Assembly: GCA_035627655.1 (NCBI GenBank)
Contig: DASPLI010000001.1
Coordinates: 398,217-462,216 of the forward strand
Direction of reading: 5' to 3'
DNA length: 64,000 nt
DNA from: Minisyncoccota bacterium
Lineage (GTDB): Bacteria; Patescibacteriota; Minisyncoccia; Phycocordibacterales; Phycocordibacteraceae
The notes beneath the pieces are model-generated. The model was not told the DNA's origin, did not search any database, and saw only the letters and a program-made list of their open reading frames with translations. The translations under genes were made by a program, and so were the position numbers. The stretch's first letter is position 1; each line of letters starts with the position of its first letter. Of this stretch, positions 10,101 to 18,414 are shown in pieces.

Positions 10101-10241
10101 GATGCCAACCGGAATCTGAATCTCCGGCGAGCTTTCCTTTGGAATGGCAAGCATCGCGATGAAGCCGCCAATCGTCAGCACGATGGTCAGGAGAATCGTG
10201 AAGTGGTGCCGATCAAGGAAGAAAGTCCAGAACCTAGTCAT
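7143..10241 (-). CDS. RND family efflux transporter permease (AcrB/HAE1-like)
   Basis: 1032 aa. N-terminus FFLDRHHFTILLTIVLTIGGFIAMLAIPKESSPEIQIPVGIVTTILPGASSEDVE is typical of RND pumps. Twelve TM helices and two large loops. Confidence 0.9.
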   Translation of the reverse strand: MTRFWTFFLDRHHFTILLTIVLTIGGFIAMLAIPKESSPEIQIPVGIVTTILPGASSEDVERLVTDKIEDRILGVENVSKVTSTSGEGVSSISVEFSASADIEASIQLLKDEVEKVQGELPEDAEDPIVTDVNFADQPIMIASISGDFSPAELTAVGIEVKDEIERLAGISEVRLSGVRDRQVQVIVRQERLRQYGLSLGDVTRALMSAGTGSPAGTIVVDDITYAVRLDAGITDTDDVRNVPIAGPNGTPIRVGDVADVVDGLSDPTSFSRVSVNGAPSQPALTLSVFKSRGGNVVDTGNAVKEKLKELESSVLAGTQTVISYDAAEYVEHDLTELSRVGFETVALVMLMLIATIGWRESIAAAISIPLSFLIAFMGIYASGNTINFISLFSLILAIGILVDTGIVVVEAIHTRFIATGDKRAAAINAIREYATPLTAGTFTTIAVFVPLFFLSGIVGKFVASIPFTVIFVLLASIFVALGLVPLFAMYIIRPSHSKTQHLQEEYNRKARAWYERFLKDLLDNPKKANRFIWSMVGLFVLAIILPATGAVKTIFFPGENSDFIYIDIEKQQGSTLEATDLAVREIEERLYGDPQIASFVSEVGAASYFGASGGSGSKTANITVNLADDHKPSSEVVAQLRERLADITSATLRVSEPAGGPPSGTPISLTFSGEDMASLTEAAEGAARILADMPGAVNVTTSTRNDAPEFVVTLDRAKAASLGVSPASVSEILRGALYSTKAASIRSGEQDIEIRTKLDLNAAYADPSQTTHATIDAVRALLIPGTRGFVPLSSIATITYEPAASVIRHEDGERIATVSSDVAAGANALQISADLQTRVREAGLPEGVALKVGGESEDVNKSFAEMGIALLAGAALMLCILVLEFNSFRHSFYLLSIIPLSLIGVLVGLMITGAPLSFPSMLGVIALAGVIINHAIILMDSIARIGREQPDHSLEEVVIEAASSRFRPIVLTTITTVVGMIPLSFASEIWGPLAFAIMFGLAWSMVLTLILIPVLYYRHPGKAVKDRYVRLS

Positions 10242-10247
10242 GGGCGG

Positions 10248-11765
10248 TTAGGGCGCAAGCCGGACGCGTTCGCCTTCGGCAAGTCCGCGCGCGTCAGAGA
10301 CGATGCGCAGATCCTGCGCAAGCTCAGTTTTGATTTCAATGCGATCGCCAAGCACATTGCCGGTTTCGACGACGGTCGCAACAAGGCGGTTATCAGGGTC
10401 AACGCTAAAGATGACGCGGTCGTTTGCGCGCAGCTTCACTGCAGCAAGCGGCAAGTAGAGCGGTCCATCAGACGGCGTCGCGCTCTCAAGGGCTTCAGGA
10501 AGATCGACGCGAACAGATTGTCCGTTGACGAGGCCGCTTCCTTGGTCAGCAGAGATGTGAACTTCAATCTGCTTCGTGATCGGATCGAGTGCCGGAGCGA
10601 TCGACGTGATGACGCCGGCATGTTCGCCGTCGATAAGCACGCGCATGCCGACCGAGAGGGATTCGCGCCCTTCTTCGGAAACGTACGCAACGATTTCAAG
10701 CGCGGAGTTTTCCGCAACGGTCGCTACGTGCGAGAGGGAAGAGACATAGTCGCCGACGCGAAACGGGAAGAAGTTTACGGTTCCGCCGATGGGCGCGCGG
10801 ATGAGCGTCTTCTCAAGGTTTGCTTCCGCGAGTCGAAGCGAGCCGAGTGCCTGCTTCACTGTTGCATCAGCACCAGCAGTTGCGCCGGTCGAGCCGCTGC
10901 GCCAGGTGCTTATTGCGCTCGTGATGCTTGCGTTTGCCGCGTCTACGGTCGAGCGAGCGGTAATGACGGCAGAAACCTGCGCGTCTGTCGCGTTTGAATC
11001 GGGCTGATTCACCTCGCGAGAGAGTTCCGTCAAAAGGTCAGTGAAGTGTGTAAGTACGGTGCTAGCTTCGTTGAGATAGCTTTCCGGATCGCGCGCATCG
11101 ACGGAATCCAGGTTGCGGCGCCAGGCGTTCATATCATCGGTCAGCACTTCGCGTTTTATGGAAAGGCGCGTATCTTCGTCGGTGCTGAATGCTGGCGCAG
11201 GGCCGTAGGTGCTTCGGCCGCCAAAGAGCTGGTCGATGTACACCTCAAGCGCGGTATCCAGGTCGGTGAACGCGCTCACATAGGCATTCTTCGCAGATGC
11301 TTCTTTGTCTTCTATAGACACGCCGCTGCGCGCTGCAATTGCAGCGTCGTATGCGCCTTGCGCCTGAAGGAGCGCCGCTCGCTCACTGGCGTTCTCAAGC
11401 TCAGCAAGAATAGAGCCAGCGCCGACGCGACCGCCAAGGCTCGTATGTACGGCAGTTACAGTGCCGCCATTCTCCGCGAAAATAGCCGCTTCTGAGCGCG
11501 CGCGGACGCTACCGAACATGGTGCCGCTGGTGGCGTTTCCAGAAAGTTCCGCAACGGTGCGTAGTGATACGGCGCGGAGGTTCTCACTCGTTTTCGGAGA
11601 CTCGGCATGCAGGAACGCAAAAAGGGCGATGATGAGTGCGACGAGGATCGCGCCAATAATCCACTGGAAGATAGGACGAAGTGCGCGAAAACGGCGCCAA
11701 ATACCCCCAAGGGTTTTTGCGACAACAGAAACGGCTCCGCGGAGCGCGGCGAGAATTGATTGCAT
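10248..11765 (-). CDS. RND efflux periplasmic adaptor (membrane fusion protein, HlyD-like) with long helical hairpin
   Basis: Lies immediately upstream of the RND permease (6-nt gap). The track ORF begins at a TTG at 11891 and would overlap the divergent mltG gene. I place the start at the ATG at 11765 (MQSILAALRG...), which leaves a short cytoplasmic tail, TM helix IFQWIIGAILVALIIALFAFL, and lipoyl/beta-barrel-like C-terminal segments. Confidence 0.65.
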   Translation of the reverse strand: MQSILAALRGAVSVVAKTLGGIWRRFRALRPIFQWIIGAILVALIIALFAFLHAESPKTSENLRAVSLRTVAELSGNATSGTMFGSVRARSEAAIFAENGGTVTAVHTSLGGRVGAGSILAELENASERAALLQAQGAYDAAIAARSGVSIEDKEASAKNAYVSAFTDLDTALEVYIDQLFGGRSTYGPAPAFSTDEDTRLSIKREVLTDDMNAWRRNLDSVDARDPESYLNEASTVLTHFTDLLTELSREVNQPDSNATDAQVSAVITARSTVDAANASITSAISTWRSGSTGATAGADATVKQALGSLRLAEANLEKTLIRAPIGGTVNFFPFRVGDYVSSLSHVATVAENSALEIVAYVSEEGRESLSVGMRVLIDGEHAGVITSIAPALDPITKQIEVHISADQGSGLVNGQSVRVDLPEALESATPSDGPLYLPLAAVKLRANDRVIFSVDPDNRLVATVVETGNVLGDRIEIKTELAQDLRIVSDARGLAEGERVRLAP

Positions 11766-11833
11766 ATTGAAAAAAATTATAACATGCGAGTGATTTTTTA
11801 TCCATAGCGCACCTCTATACGGTATACTTGGTG

Positions 11834-12871
11834 CAAATGAGCATGCGTGTGCATGAAAAAATGCGTTCTTTACTTGCCTCACGAGAGGCAATGCTTGGCA
11901 GATGGGGGCGAAGAATCGCCCTGGTGTTTGGCGGTGTCGCGATGGTTGTCGTACTGGTGACCCTTGGATTTGCGCATTTGTTTGGTCCGCCGGGCGTCTA
12001 CGAGAAGCGTCCGGAGTTCATCGTGCATCCAAATGATTCGGTTGCCTCAATCGGCAAGGCGCTCGAAGAGCAGGGGTTTGTGCGCTACGGCGGCGCGTTT
12101 GCGGTGGCGTACCAGCTGACCCGTGGGGAAACCAGTATTCGTCCGGGTGGATACACACTGACGCCGGATATGGACGCGCTTGCGGTTGCTAAGAAGCTTG
12201 GCGAAGCACCCTACCTTTCTTGGGTGGTTATTCCGGAGGGTCGACGCAAGGAGGAAGTTGCTGCTCTGCTCGCCGAATCGCTTGGATGGACTGCAGAGCA
12301 AAAGGAGGAATGGCTGCAGGCAACGGTCGCAAGTTCAACACCGTCAGACGGCGTCTATTTTGCTGACACCTATCTTATTCCGTCAGACCAAGAACCGGCA
12401 CAGGTCGCCGCTCGTTTGCGCGATCGTTTTCAGGAAGCTGTTGCGGTATACGCTGCTGACATAACCAATAGCCCGTTTTCGTACGAGGAAATCATCACGC
12501 TCGCGTCATTGGTAGAGCGAGAGGCGGCTAAGAACGATAAGGCGCTCGTTGCCGGCATTCTCGTCAACCGCATTAAGCGCGGCATGCTCTTGCAAGTAGA
12601 CGCAACACTCCAATATATAGAAGGAAAGGAGGGGGCGTGGTGGCCTGCACCCGATCCTGATGATAAGGATCACGAATCGCCCTATAACACGTATCGCCAC
12701 ACCGGACTGCCACCCGCGCCAATCGCAACGCCAAGTCTCGCGTCAATTGAGGCGGTACTCGCACCACAGAAGACAAGCTGCCTCTACTATCTCCATGACG
12801 AGAACGGACGCATACACTGCTCCACGAACTACCAAGCACACGTCGCAAACGTAAACCGCTACCTTCGATAG
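11834..12871 (+). CDS. mltG: endolytic murein transglycosylase MltG (YceG family)
   Basis: N-terminal TM followed by a YceG-like domain (VVIPEGRRKEEVAALL, LASLVEREAAKNDKALVAGILVNRIKRGMLLQVDATLQY). The track starts at a GTG at 11828; the first ATG is at 11834. Confidence 0.75.
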   Translation, partial: QMSMRVHEKMRSLLASREAMLGRWGRRIALVFGGVAMVVVLVTLGFAHLFGPPGVYEKRPEFIVHPNDSVASIGKALEEQGFVRYGGAFAVAYQLTRGETSIRPGGYTLTPDMDALAVAKKLGEAPYLSWVVIPEGRRKEEVAALLAESLGWTAEQKEEWLQATVASSTPSDGVYFADTYLIPSDQEPAQVAARLRDRFQEAVAVYAADITNSPFSYEEIITLASLVEREAAKNDKALVAGILVNRIKRGMLLQVDATLQYIEGKEGAWWPAPDPDDKDHESPYNTYRHTGLPPAPIATPSLASIEAVLAPQKTSCLYYLHDENGRIHCSTNYQAHVANVNRYLR

Positions 12872-12933
12872 ACGAATAGCACTGGGAAGCGTATAGTCCC
12901 GCGAGCTACGTTCTTTAGAGAGAAAGGCTATAC

Positions 12934-13575
12934 ATGACCGAAGAGGAGGAGCGGGCGATCGCGCTTGAGGCCGAGACGCTTCGTTTCTACACCGACCACG
13001 GCGACCTTTTCAGCAATGAAGAGTTCTCGCACCATCCGAATTTCCTGACGGATCTGCTCTATCTTGCAAGCCTGCTGGAGCCAGATCCCATCTTGCTTGA
13101 TGTTGGTTGCGGCTCCGGCCGCTGCTATAGCGACATGCGAGAGTTCGGCCGATATATCGGCTTTGATCCGTCGTCAAAAGCGATAGAGCAAGCGCGGGAG
13201 AAGTACCCGGACGGCGATTTTCGCGTCGGTAACATGCATGCGATCAAGGAGTGTGTGACGGAGGTTTGCGATCTCTTTATTTCGCAGACCAGCCTCATGC
13301 ACATTCCGCCTGCCCGTATGCCAAGCGCGCTTCAGAATATTCGAAGCGTTATGCGCACTGGCGGATTCGGCAATATTCTCTTGCCGATTGGCGACAGCGA
13401 AGTCGTTTCGACGCATGAGAGTATCTCGGAAATGCCGCCAGGGTACAGTGTGTACTCGAAATCATGGACGCTCGAAGAGCTTGCTTCCTATCTCACAGAA
13501 GCGCGCTTCGAGATCATTCGGCCAACCGATAACACGTTCTTCTCAGGACTCACTGTATCGGTGCGGGCCATCTAA
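12934..13575 (+). CDS. class I SAM-dependent methyltransferase
   Basis: Motif I LLDVGCGSGR. RBS agaaagg upstream of the ATG. Confidence 0.7.
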   Translation: MTEEEERAIALEAETLRFYTDHGDLFSNEEFSHHPNFLTDLLYLASLLEPDPILLDVGCGSGRCYSDMREFGRYIGFDPSSKAIEQAREKYPDGDFRVGNMHAIKECVTEVCDLFISQTSLMHIPPARMPSALQNIRSVMRTGGFGNILLPIGDSEVVSTHESISEMPPGYSVYSKSWTLEELASYLTEARFEIIRPTDNTFFSGLTVSVRAI

Positions 13576-13576
13576 C

Positions 13577-13608
13577 AAAAACGCCGCTGGAACATTCCGG
13601 CGGCGTTT
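13577..13608. terminator. bidirectional intrinsic terminator
   Basis: aaaaacgccgc-tggaacattcc-ggcggcgttt sits between the convergent methyltransferase (+) and trmB-like (-) genes. Confidence 0.65.
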
Positions 13609-14374
13609 AGTATTTCTCTCCCGCTTCCCACAACGCCGAGAAGAGCGCGGTGAGCATTGCGTGCGCTTCTTTTGAGGTGATGAGCACCGCAGAGGGTTTT
13701 TTGAACGAGGAGATGATCGCTACTTTATCGTCAAAGAGAATCAGCATCGATTTGAATTTTCCTTCCATAGACGCAGGCATGAAGCGGGGGTTTCGCAGCT
13801 CCTGGTCTTCTGCGGAAAGTCGGCGGTCGCTGTCTTTGCGCTCCCACAGTGTTCGAGAAACGATGCCGCGTTGTTTACGCGTCTTGAGGTAGTAGGCGGC
13901 ATAAGCAGGATCAAAGTCGCGCAGGAAGTTATCAACGGGCGCGATGATGTCCCAAGCGCGCGAGCGGCAATACAGCGCCTCATCAATGACTGCCTTCACG
14001 CCTTCGATGCCGTCATACTGTGCCGCTTCCACCTGCTTGCCAGCGGCGCTTGGCGAGAGTTCAGACAAAAGAGGAATGAGTGCGTCGATTCCCGCTTCGC
14101 GCTTTTTCAACTCTTCGCGTTCGTTTCGGACCGTTTCTCGCAAATGGTCCGGAGACGCCATAGAGAAACGAATCTTTCCGTTTTCTTTTCGCTCGGCTAC
14201 CAGTCCCTTTTGCGAGAGGGTAGAGAGCGCGTGATACACGGTCGGACGCTTGATAAGCGTTTCTCGCGCCAGTTCCTGTGCGGTCAGCGGACCGTTTTTA
14301 AGGCCAGCCAGATAGATCCGGCTTTCGGTTGTCGTGAGTCCCAAGGCCTCAAGCGAGGACTGCAGGTTCTTCAT
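13607..14374 (-). CDS. TrmB-family transcriptional regulator (winged HTH, sugar-responsive family)
   Basis: 255 aa. N-terminal wHTH LGLTTTESRIYLAGLKNGPLTAQELARETLIKRPTVYHALSTLSQKGLV, plus a C-terminal effector-binding-like domain. Confidence 0.7.
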   Translation of the reverse strand: MKNLQSSLEALGLTTTESRIYLAGLKNGPLTAQELARETLIKRPTVYHALSTLSQKGLVAERKENGKIRFSMASPDHLRETVRNEREELKKREAGIDALIPLLSELSPSAAGKQVEAAQYDGIEGVKAVIDEALYCRSRAWDIIAPVDNFLRDFDPAYAAYYLKTRKQRGIVSRTLWERKDSDRRLSAEDQELRNPRFMPASMEGKFKSMLILFDDKVAIISSFKKPSAVLITSKEAHAMLTALFSALWEAGEKY

Positions 14375-14459
14375 TGCTGGGGAGGATACGGCAGAACGGG
14401 TTATATGTCAATGATGGATCATAATGAAATAGCAAGTAAATACACTCTATTTATAAGCT

Positions 14460-14479
14460 GTTTATATATGATTATAAAC
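14460..14479. promoter_or_regulatory. candidate TrmB operator: inverted repeat GTTTATA-N6-TATAAAC in the divergent promoter region
   Basis: 7-6-7 palindrome gtttatatatgattataaac inside the AT-rich 180-nt region between the trmB-like gene (-) and the CoaB-like/aldolase gene (+). A TTGACA at 14493 follows. Confidence 0.4.
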
Positions 14480-14555
14480 ATGCTTTGACAGTATTCCTTG
14501 CACGCTGCATGCTCGTTCACAGAGCAAGGACGCTCTTTATAGAAGGAGATACGGT

Positions 14556-15815
14556 ATGGACCGCAAACAAGTCCACGTTGTCGGCGGCGGCACGGTCAGT
14601 CATGTTCGCCCGCATCTGGCGCTGTCTGCTCCCGCGTATGGCGGGACGGCGCGCAAGCTTGCAGAACTTTGCAAGGCGCACGACGAGACCATGGGCGTGC
14701 AACTGCACCTCACCAAGATGGCTGACCACACGAGCCGGGTTGAAACGAATGACGACCTGCGCGAGTTTGCGCTCGCGCTTGTCGACGATCCGAGAACGAA
14801 GATCGTTTTCTGGAATCCCGCGGTCGTCGATTTCGACGGTCACGTCGGCAACGGCGTTGAAAAGAAACGCCTCCGGACGACACTTCCTGACGGGAAGACC
14901 GTCGGCTACTACGACATGGTCATCACGCCGACCGACAAGATCGTTTCGATCTTGCGGCAAGGCAGTGAGGGGCGCACGCCGCGGAAGGACATCTTCCTGG
15001 TTGCGTTTAAAGCGACCGCCGGCGAAACCGCTGAAGAGCAGTATCGCCAAGGTCTCGACATGTTGAAACGGGTGAGTGCGAACCTCGTGCTCGCTAACGA
15101 CGTCGAAACAGGACGCAACATGATCATCACGCCGGAGGAAGCTTGCTACAGCGATACCTTCGACCGTGATGCGGCACTTCGCGAACTGGTCGAGATGGCC
15201 TACCTCCGCTCGCACCTCACCTTTACGAGGAGCACGGTGGTCGCAGGCGAGCCGGTGCCATGGGATTCGTCCTTGGTGCCTGCAACGCTGCGTACGGTCG
15301 TCGACTACTGCATCGGCAAGAGCGCGTACAAGCGCGTTCGCGGCGTCACTGCCGGCCACTTTGCGGTAAAGCTCGACGAGCAAACCTTCCTCACCTCACG
15401 CCGGAAGACGGACTTCAACGATATGAAGAACGTCGGACTCGTGAAAGTGAAGACCGATGGCCCTGATTCGGTGATTGCGTACGGCAGCCGCCCCTCTGTG
15501 GGCGGACAGTCGCAGCGGATCGTCTTCAAGGAACATCCGGACACGGATTGCATCGTGCACTTCCACTGTCCGAAGAAGGAAGGATCCCCGGTGCCGACCG
15601 TCTCGCAGCGCGAGTACGAGTGCGGCAGCCACGAGTGCGGCAAGAACACCTCGCGTGGTCTTACGCGCTTCGGGAATCTGTACGCCGTCTACCTCGACCA
15701 TCACGGCCCGAACATCGTCTTCTCGAAAGACATTGATCCTCAGGAAGTTATCGACTTCATCGAGGAGCACTTCGACCTTTCGCTGAAGACCGGTGGCTAT
15801 CAGGTCGCTGCGTAA
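14556..15815 (+). CDS. fusion protein: N-terminal CoaB-like (DFP/phosphopantothenate-cysteine ligase fold) domain plus C-terminal class II aldolase/adducin-like domain
   Basis: RBS ggagatacggt before the ATG. Three N-terminal stretches align to conserved E. coli Dfp CoaB-half blocks. First, VHVVGGGTVSHVRPHLALSAPAYGGTARKLAE aligns to [32 protein letters not shown]. Second, KIVFWNPAVVDFDGHV aligns to NIFIGCAAVADYRA. Third, FLVAFKATAGETAEEQYRQGLDMLKRVSANLVLANDV aligns to [32 protein letters not shown]. The C-terminal region (GHFAVKLDEQTFLTS, SRPSVGGQSQRIVFKEHPDTDCIVHFHCP) fits the class II aldolase pattern GNxSxR / FLITPSG / KPSSE / AVVHTHS. Confidence 0.6.
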   Translation: MDRKQVHVVGGGTVSHVRPHLALSAPAYGGTARKLAELCKAHDETMGVQLHLTKMADHTSRVETNDDLREFALALVDDPRTKIVFWNPAVVDFDGHVGNGVEKKRLRTTLPDGKTVGYYDMVITPTDKIVSILRQGSEGRTPRKDIFLVAFKATAGETAEEQYRQGLDMLKRVSANLVLANDVETGRNMIITPEEACYSDTFDRDAALRELVEMAYLRSHLTFTRSTVVAGEPVPWDSSLVPATLRTVVDYCIGKSAYKRVRGVTAGHFAVKLDEQTFLTSRRKTDFNDMKNVGLVKVKTDGPDSVIAYGSRPSVGGQSQRIVFKEHPDTDCIVHFHCPKKEGSPVPTVSQREYECGSHECGKNTSRGLTRFGNLYAVYLDHHGPNIVFSKDIDPQEVIDFIEEHFDLSLKTGGYQVAA

Positions 15816-15907
15816 CTTCTTGATCGCCCCCGCTTGGGGGCGATCTCTTTTATTCGTACGCCCGCTATGGCATTGTGGCGGCAGTCGTTCTTCACAAGGA
15901 GCACTAC

Positions 15908-16468
15908 ATGACTATCACCTGGCCGCTTCCCGGACTGGATGTGGCGATACCGCAAGAGCCGGATCATCCTGGCAGCTTTGCGGCGGTACGAAAGTACGAC
16001 ATCCATACCGGCGTTGATCTGTATGCACCAGAAGGGCAGCAGGTCGTCGCGATCGAGGACGGCGTCGTTGTCTTTATCGATCGGATGTTCACTGGCGGCG
16101 AAGATACGCCCAAGGGCGAAGACGGAGAACCGGTGTGGCTGCAGACCGCAGCCATCGGCATTTCTGGAAAGTCGGGCGTCATCCTCTACGGCGAGCTCAC
16201 GCTGGTCGAAAAAGACTCGTGTGGCTTTGATCTCGATCTCGGGTCGCCCTTCAAAGCGGGCGACGTGATCGGCACCGTGAAGCGGGTCCTCAAAGACAAG
16301 CCGGACGGGCGAACATTCCAAAATCCTGCGGAAAGTCCGTCCATGCTCCACCTCGAGCTGTATCGTCCGCGCTCGCCGTATGCCGCCTGGTGGCGTCACG
16401 GCGAGCCGCGTCCGAGAGGGCTTCGCGATCCGACCGAGCTTCTCCTTAAGGCTCGTGAACGGATGTAG
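15908..16468 (+). CDS. M23/LytM-like peptidase domain protein (variant second motif)
   Basis: Start at the ATG preceded by AAGGAG with a 6-nt spacer; the track used a GTG at 15875. Contains HTGVDLYAPEGQQVVAIEDGVVVF (HxxxD motif). In place of the canonical HLHxE there is MLHLE, so one His is replaced. Confidence 0.5.
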   Translation: MTITWPLPGLDVAIPQEPDHPGSFAAVRKYDIHTGVDLYAPEGQQVVAIEDGVVVFIDRMFTGGEDTPKGEDGEPVWLQTAAIGISGKSGVILYGELTLVEKDSCGFDLDLGSPFKAGDVIGTVKRVLKDKPDGRTFQNPAESPSMLHLELYRPRSPYAAWWRHGEPRPRGLRDPTELLLKARERM

Positions 16469-16474
16469 TTCGTT

Positions 16475-16506
16475 GAACCCCGCACTCCAGTGCGGGGTTC
16501 TTCATT
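16475..16506 (+). terminator. intrinsic terminator after the M23-like gene
   Basis: gaaccccgcactccagtgcggggttc followed by ttcatt. Confidence 0.65.
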
Positions 16507-16533
16507 GACGCTCATCCTGTTTCAACGTACTCT
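16505..16533 (+). promoter_or_regulatory. sigma-70-like promoter candidate for typA (TTGACG-17-TACTCT)
   Basis: Hexamers at 16505-16510 and 16528-16533 with a 17-nt spacer. A small hairpin plus T-run (ggccgttcggcc attttt) lies just before the typA ATG. Confidence 0.35.
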
Positions 16534-16567
16534 GAGCAGTAACCGGCCGTTCGGCCATTTTTATTTC

Positions 16568-18355
16568 ATGGATATCCGAAATATCGCCATTATCGCGCAC
16601 GTCGACCACGGCAAGACTACCTTGACCGACGCTCTGCTTCGCCAAACCGGCGCGGCAGCGGAAGGTGTGTCTATGGATTCCAATACGCTTGAAAAGGAGC
16701 GTGGCATCACCATCTATTCCAAGAATGCCGCAGTGGAATACAAGGGAACGAAGATCAATATCGTCGACACGCCCGGCCACGCGGACTTCGGCAGCGAAGT
16801 AGAGCGCGTGCTTCGCTCAATTGATTCCGTGCTCCTTGTAGTCGACGCACAGGAAGGCCCGATGCCGCAGACACGCTTCGTACTTAAAAAGTCGCTTGAG
16901 CTTGGCCTCAAGCCAATCGTCGTGCTCAACAAAATCGATAAGCCTGCCGCAGATCCGGCGCGCGCCGAAGAGCAGGTACTCGAACTCTTCCTTGAGCTTG
17001 GCGCATCAGATGATCAGGCAAACTTTACGACGGTGTACGCAATCGGCCGCGAAGGCGTTGCTATGTGCAAGCTCGATGACGAGCGCAAGGATCTCACGCC
17101 ACTCCTCGATGTCATTCTTGAGCAGGTCCCGGCTGCCTCCTCAGATGAGAAAACGGCAAAGCCGCTTCGTCTGCAGCCGTTCAATCTTGCATACGATAAC
17201 TTCCTTGGACGTCTCGCGATCGGTCGCGTGTACGAAGGTGTCGTTCGTGCAGGTGAGAACGTTACCGTCAAGAAGCCGGATGGCTCGACGCGCACTGGCA
17301 AGCTCACCAAGATCTTCTCCTTTAAGGGTCTTGAGCGCGTTGAGGCGCAGGAAGCGCAGGCAGGCGACATTGTGATTATTGCCGGTCTTCCCGACATTTT
17401 CATCGGCGAGACCGTTACTACGGATCCGTCTGTCGAGCCCCTTCCTGCAATCGCCATTGACGAGCCGACCATCACGCTCAACTTCCTTGTGAACAACTCG
17501 CCGTTTGCCGGCAAGGAAGGAAAGTACGTAACGAGCCGTCAGCTGCGCGAATACCTTGAGCGCGAGCTTGAAGTGAACGTTGGTTTGAAGATCGACTTCG
17601 TCTCCCCGGAATCATTCAAGGTGTCTGGCCGCGGAGAACTCCACATCGCCATTTTGCTTGAAAACATGCGCCGCTCTGGCTACGAACTGCAGGTCTCCCA
17701 GCCGCAGGTCATCATTCGCGAAGAGGAAGGACAGAAGCTTGAGCCGTTTGAAGAAGTCATTATTGATACGCCATCTGAATTCCAGGGCACTATTATCGAG
17801 AAGCTTGGACAGCGCGCGTTCATCCTCCAGAACCTGGTACAGCACGACAATCTCGTTCGTCTCACGCTTGAAGGCCCAACGCGCGGACTTCTTGGCTACC
17901 GCTCGCAGTTCGTGATTGATACGAAGGGTGAAGGCATTCTTTCTTCGCGCGTAATCGGCTTCAAGCCATACGCTGGTGACATCAAGAAGCGCCAGGTCGG
18001 CTCGATGATCTCCATGGCAACCGGCAAAGCACTCGGCTACTCGCTGTGGACGCTCCAGGATCGCGGCATGCTCTACATCACGCCAGCAACCGATGTGTAC
18101 GAAGGTATGGTGATCGGCAACACCTCAAAGGGAGAGGAGATGACCGTCAACCCGACGAAGAACAAGAACCTCACGAACGTGCGCGCATCTGGCTCTGACG
18201 AAGCTATTACGCTTGTGCCGCCGTACGTACTCACTATCGAGCGCGGACTTGAAGTCATGGCGGAAGACGAGTATCTCGAAATCACGCCAGAATCAGTTCG
18301 TCTACGCAAGCAGCAGCTTACCGAAAGCGAGCGAGCAAAGGCGCGCCGCGCGTAA
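16568..18355 (+). CDS. typA: translational GTPase TypA/BipA
   Basis: MDIRNIAIIAHVDHGKTTLTDALL (G1), DTPGHADF (G3), NKID (G4), and the TypA-specific C-terminal domain. The track start at 16490 is an N-terminal over-extension. Confidence 0.9.
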   Translation: MDIRNIAIIAHVDHGKTTLTDALLRQTGAAAEGVSMDSNTLEKERGITIYSKNAAVEYKGTKINIVDTPGHADFGSEVERVLRSIDSVLLVVDAQEGPMPQTRFVLKKSLELGLKPIVVLNKIDKPAADPARAEEQVLELFLELGASDDQANFTTVYAIGREGVAMCKLDDERKDLTPLLDVILEQVPAASSDEKTAKPLRLQPFNLAYDNFLGRLAIGRVYEGVVRAGENVTVKKPDGSTRTGKLTKIFSFKGLERVEAQEAQAGDIVIIAGLPDIFIGETVTTDPSVEPLPAIAIDEPTITLNFLVNNSPFAGKEGKYVTSRQLREYLERELEVNVGLKIDFVSPESFKVSGRGELHIAILLENMRRSGYELQVSQPQVIIREEEGQKLEPFEEVIIDTPSEFQGTIIEKLGQRAFILQNLVQHDNLVRLTLEGPTRGLLGYRSQFVIDTKGEGILSSRVIGFKPYAGDIKKRQVGSMISMATGKALGYSLWTLQDRGMLYITPATDVYEGMVIGNTSKGEEMTVNPTKNKNLTNVRASGSDEAITLVPPYVLTIERGLEVMAEDEYLEITPESVRLRKQQLTESERAKARRA

Positions 18356-18414
18356 TTGCGTCTTCAAACTCCTGTGCTACGCTGCCATCCGTCCGCAGCT
18401 CTTTGGAGGTAGCA

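Noticed and set aside
7185-10119. Several + strand ORFs (7185-7493, 7213-7566, 8611-9105, 9319-9663 and others) inside the RND permease gene
   Set aside because: These are antisense or alternate-frame artefacts of a long GC-rich gene. None has a start context, and all are Arg/Ser/Ala-rich.
10203-10997. + strand 264-aa ORF
   Set aside because: Lies fully antisense to the periplasmic adaptor gene. It has an Arg-rich composition and no RBS.
14517-15383. Minus-strand 288-aa ORF
   Set aside because: Antisense to the CoaB-like/aldolase fusion gene, which has strong domain support.
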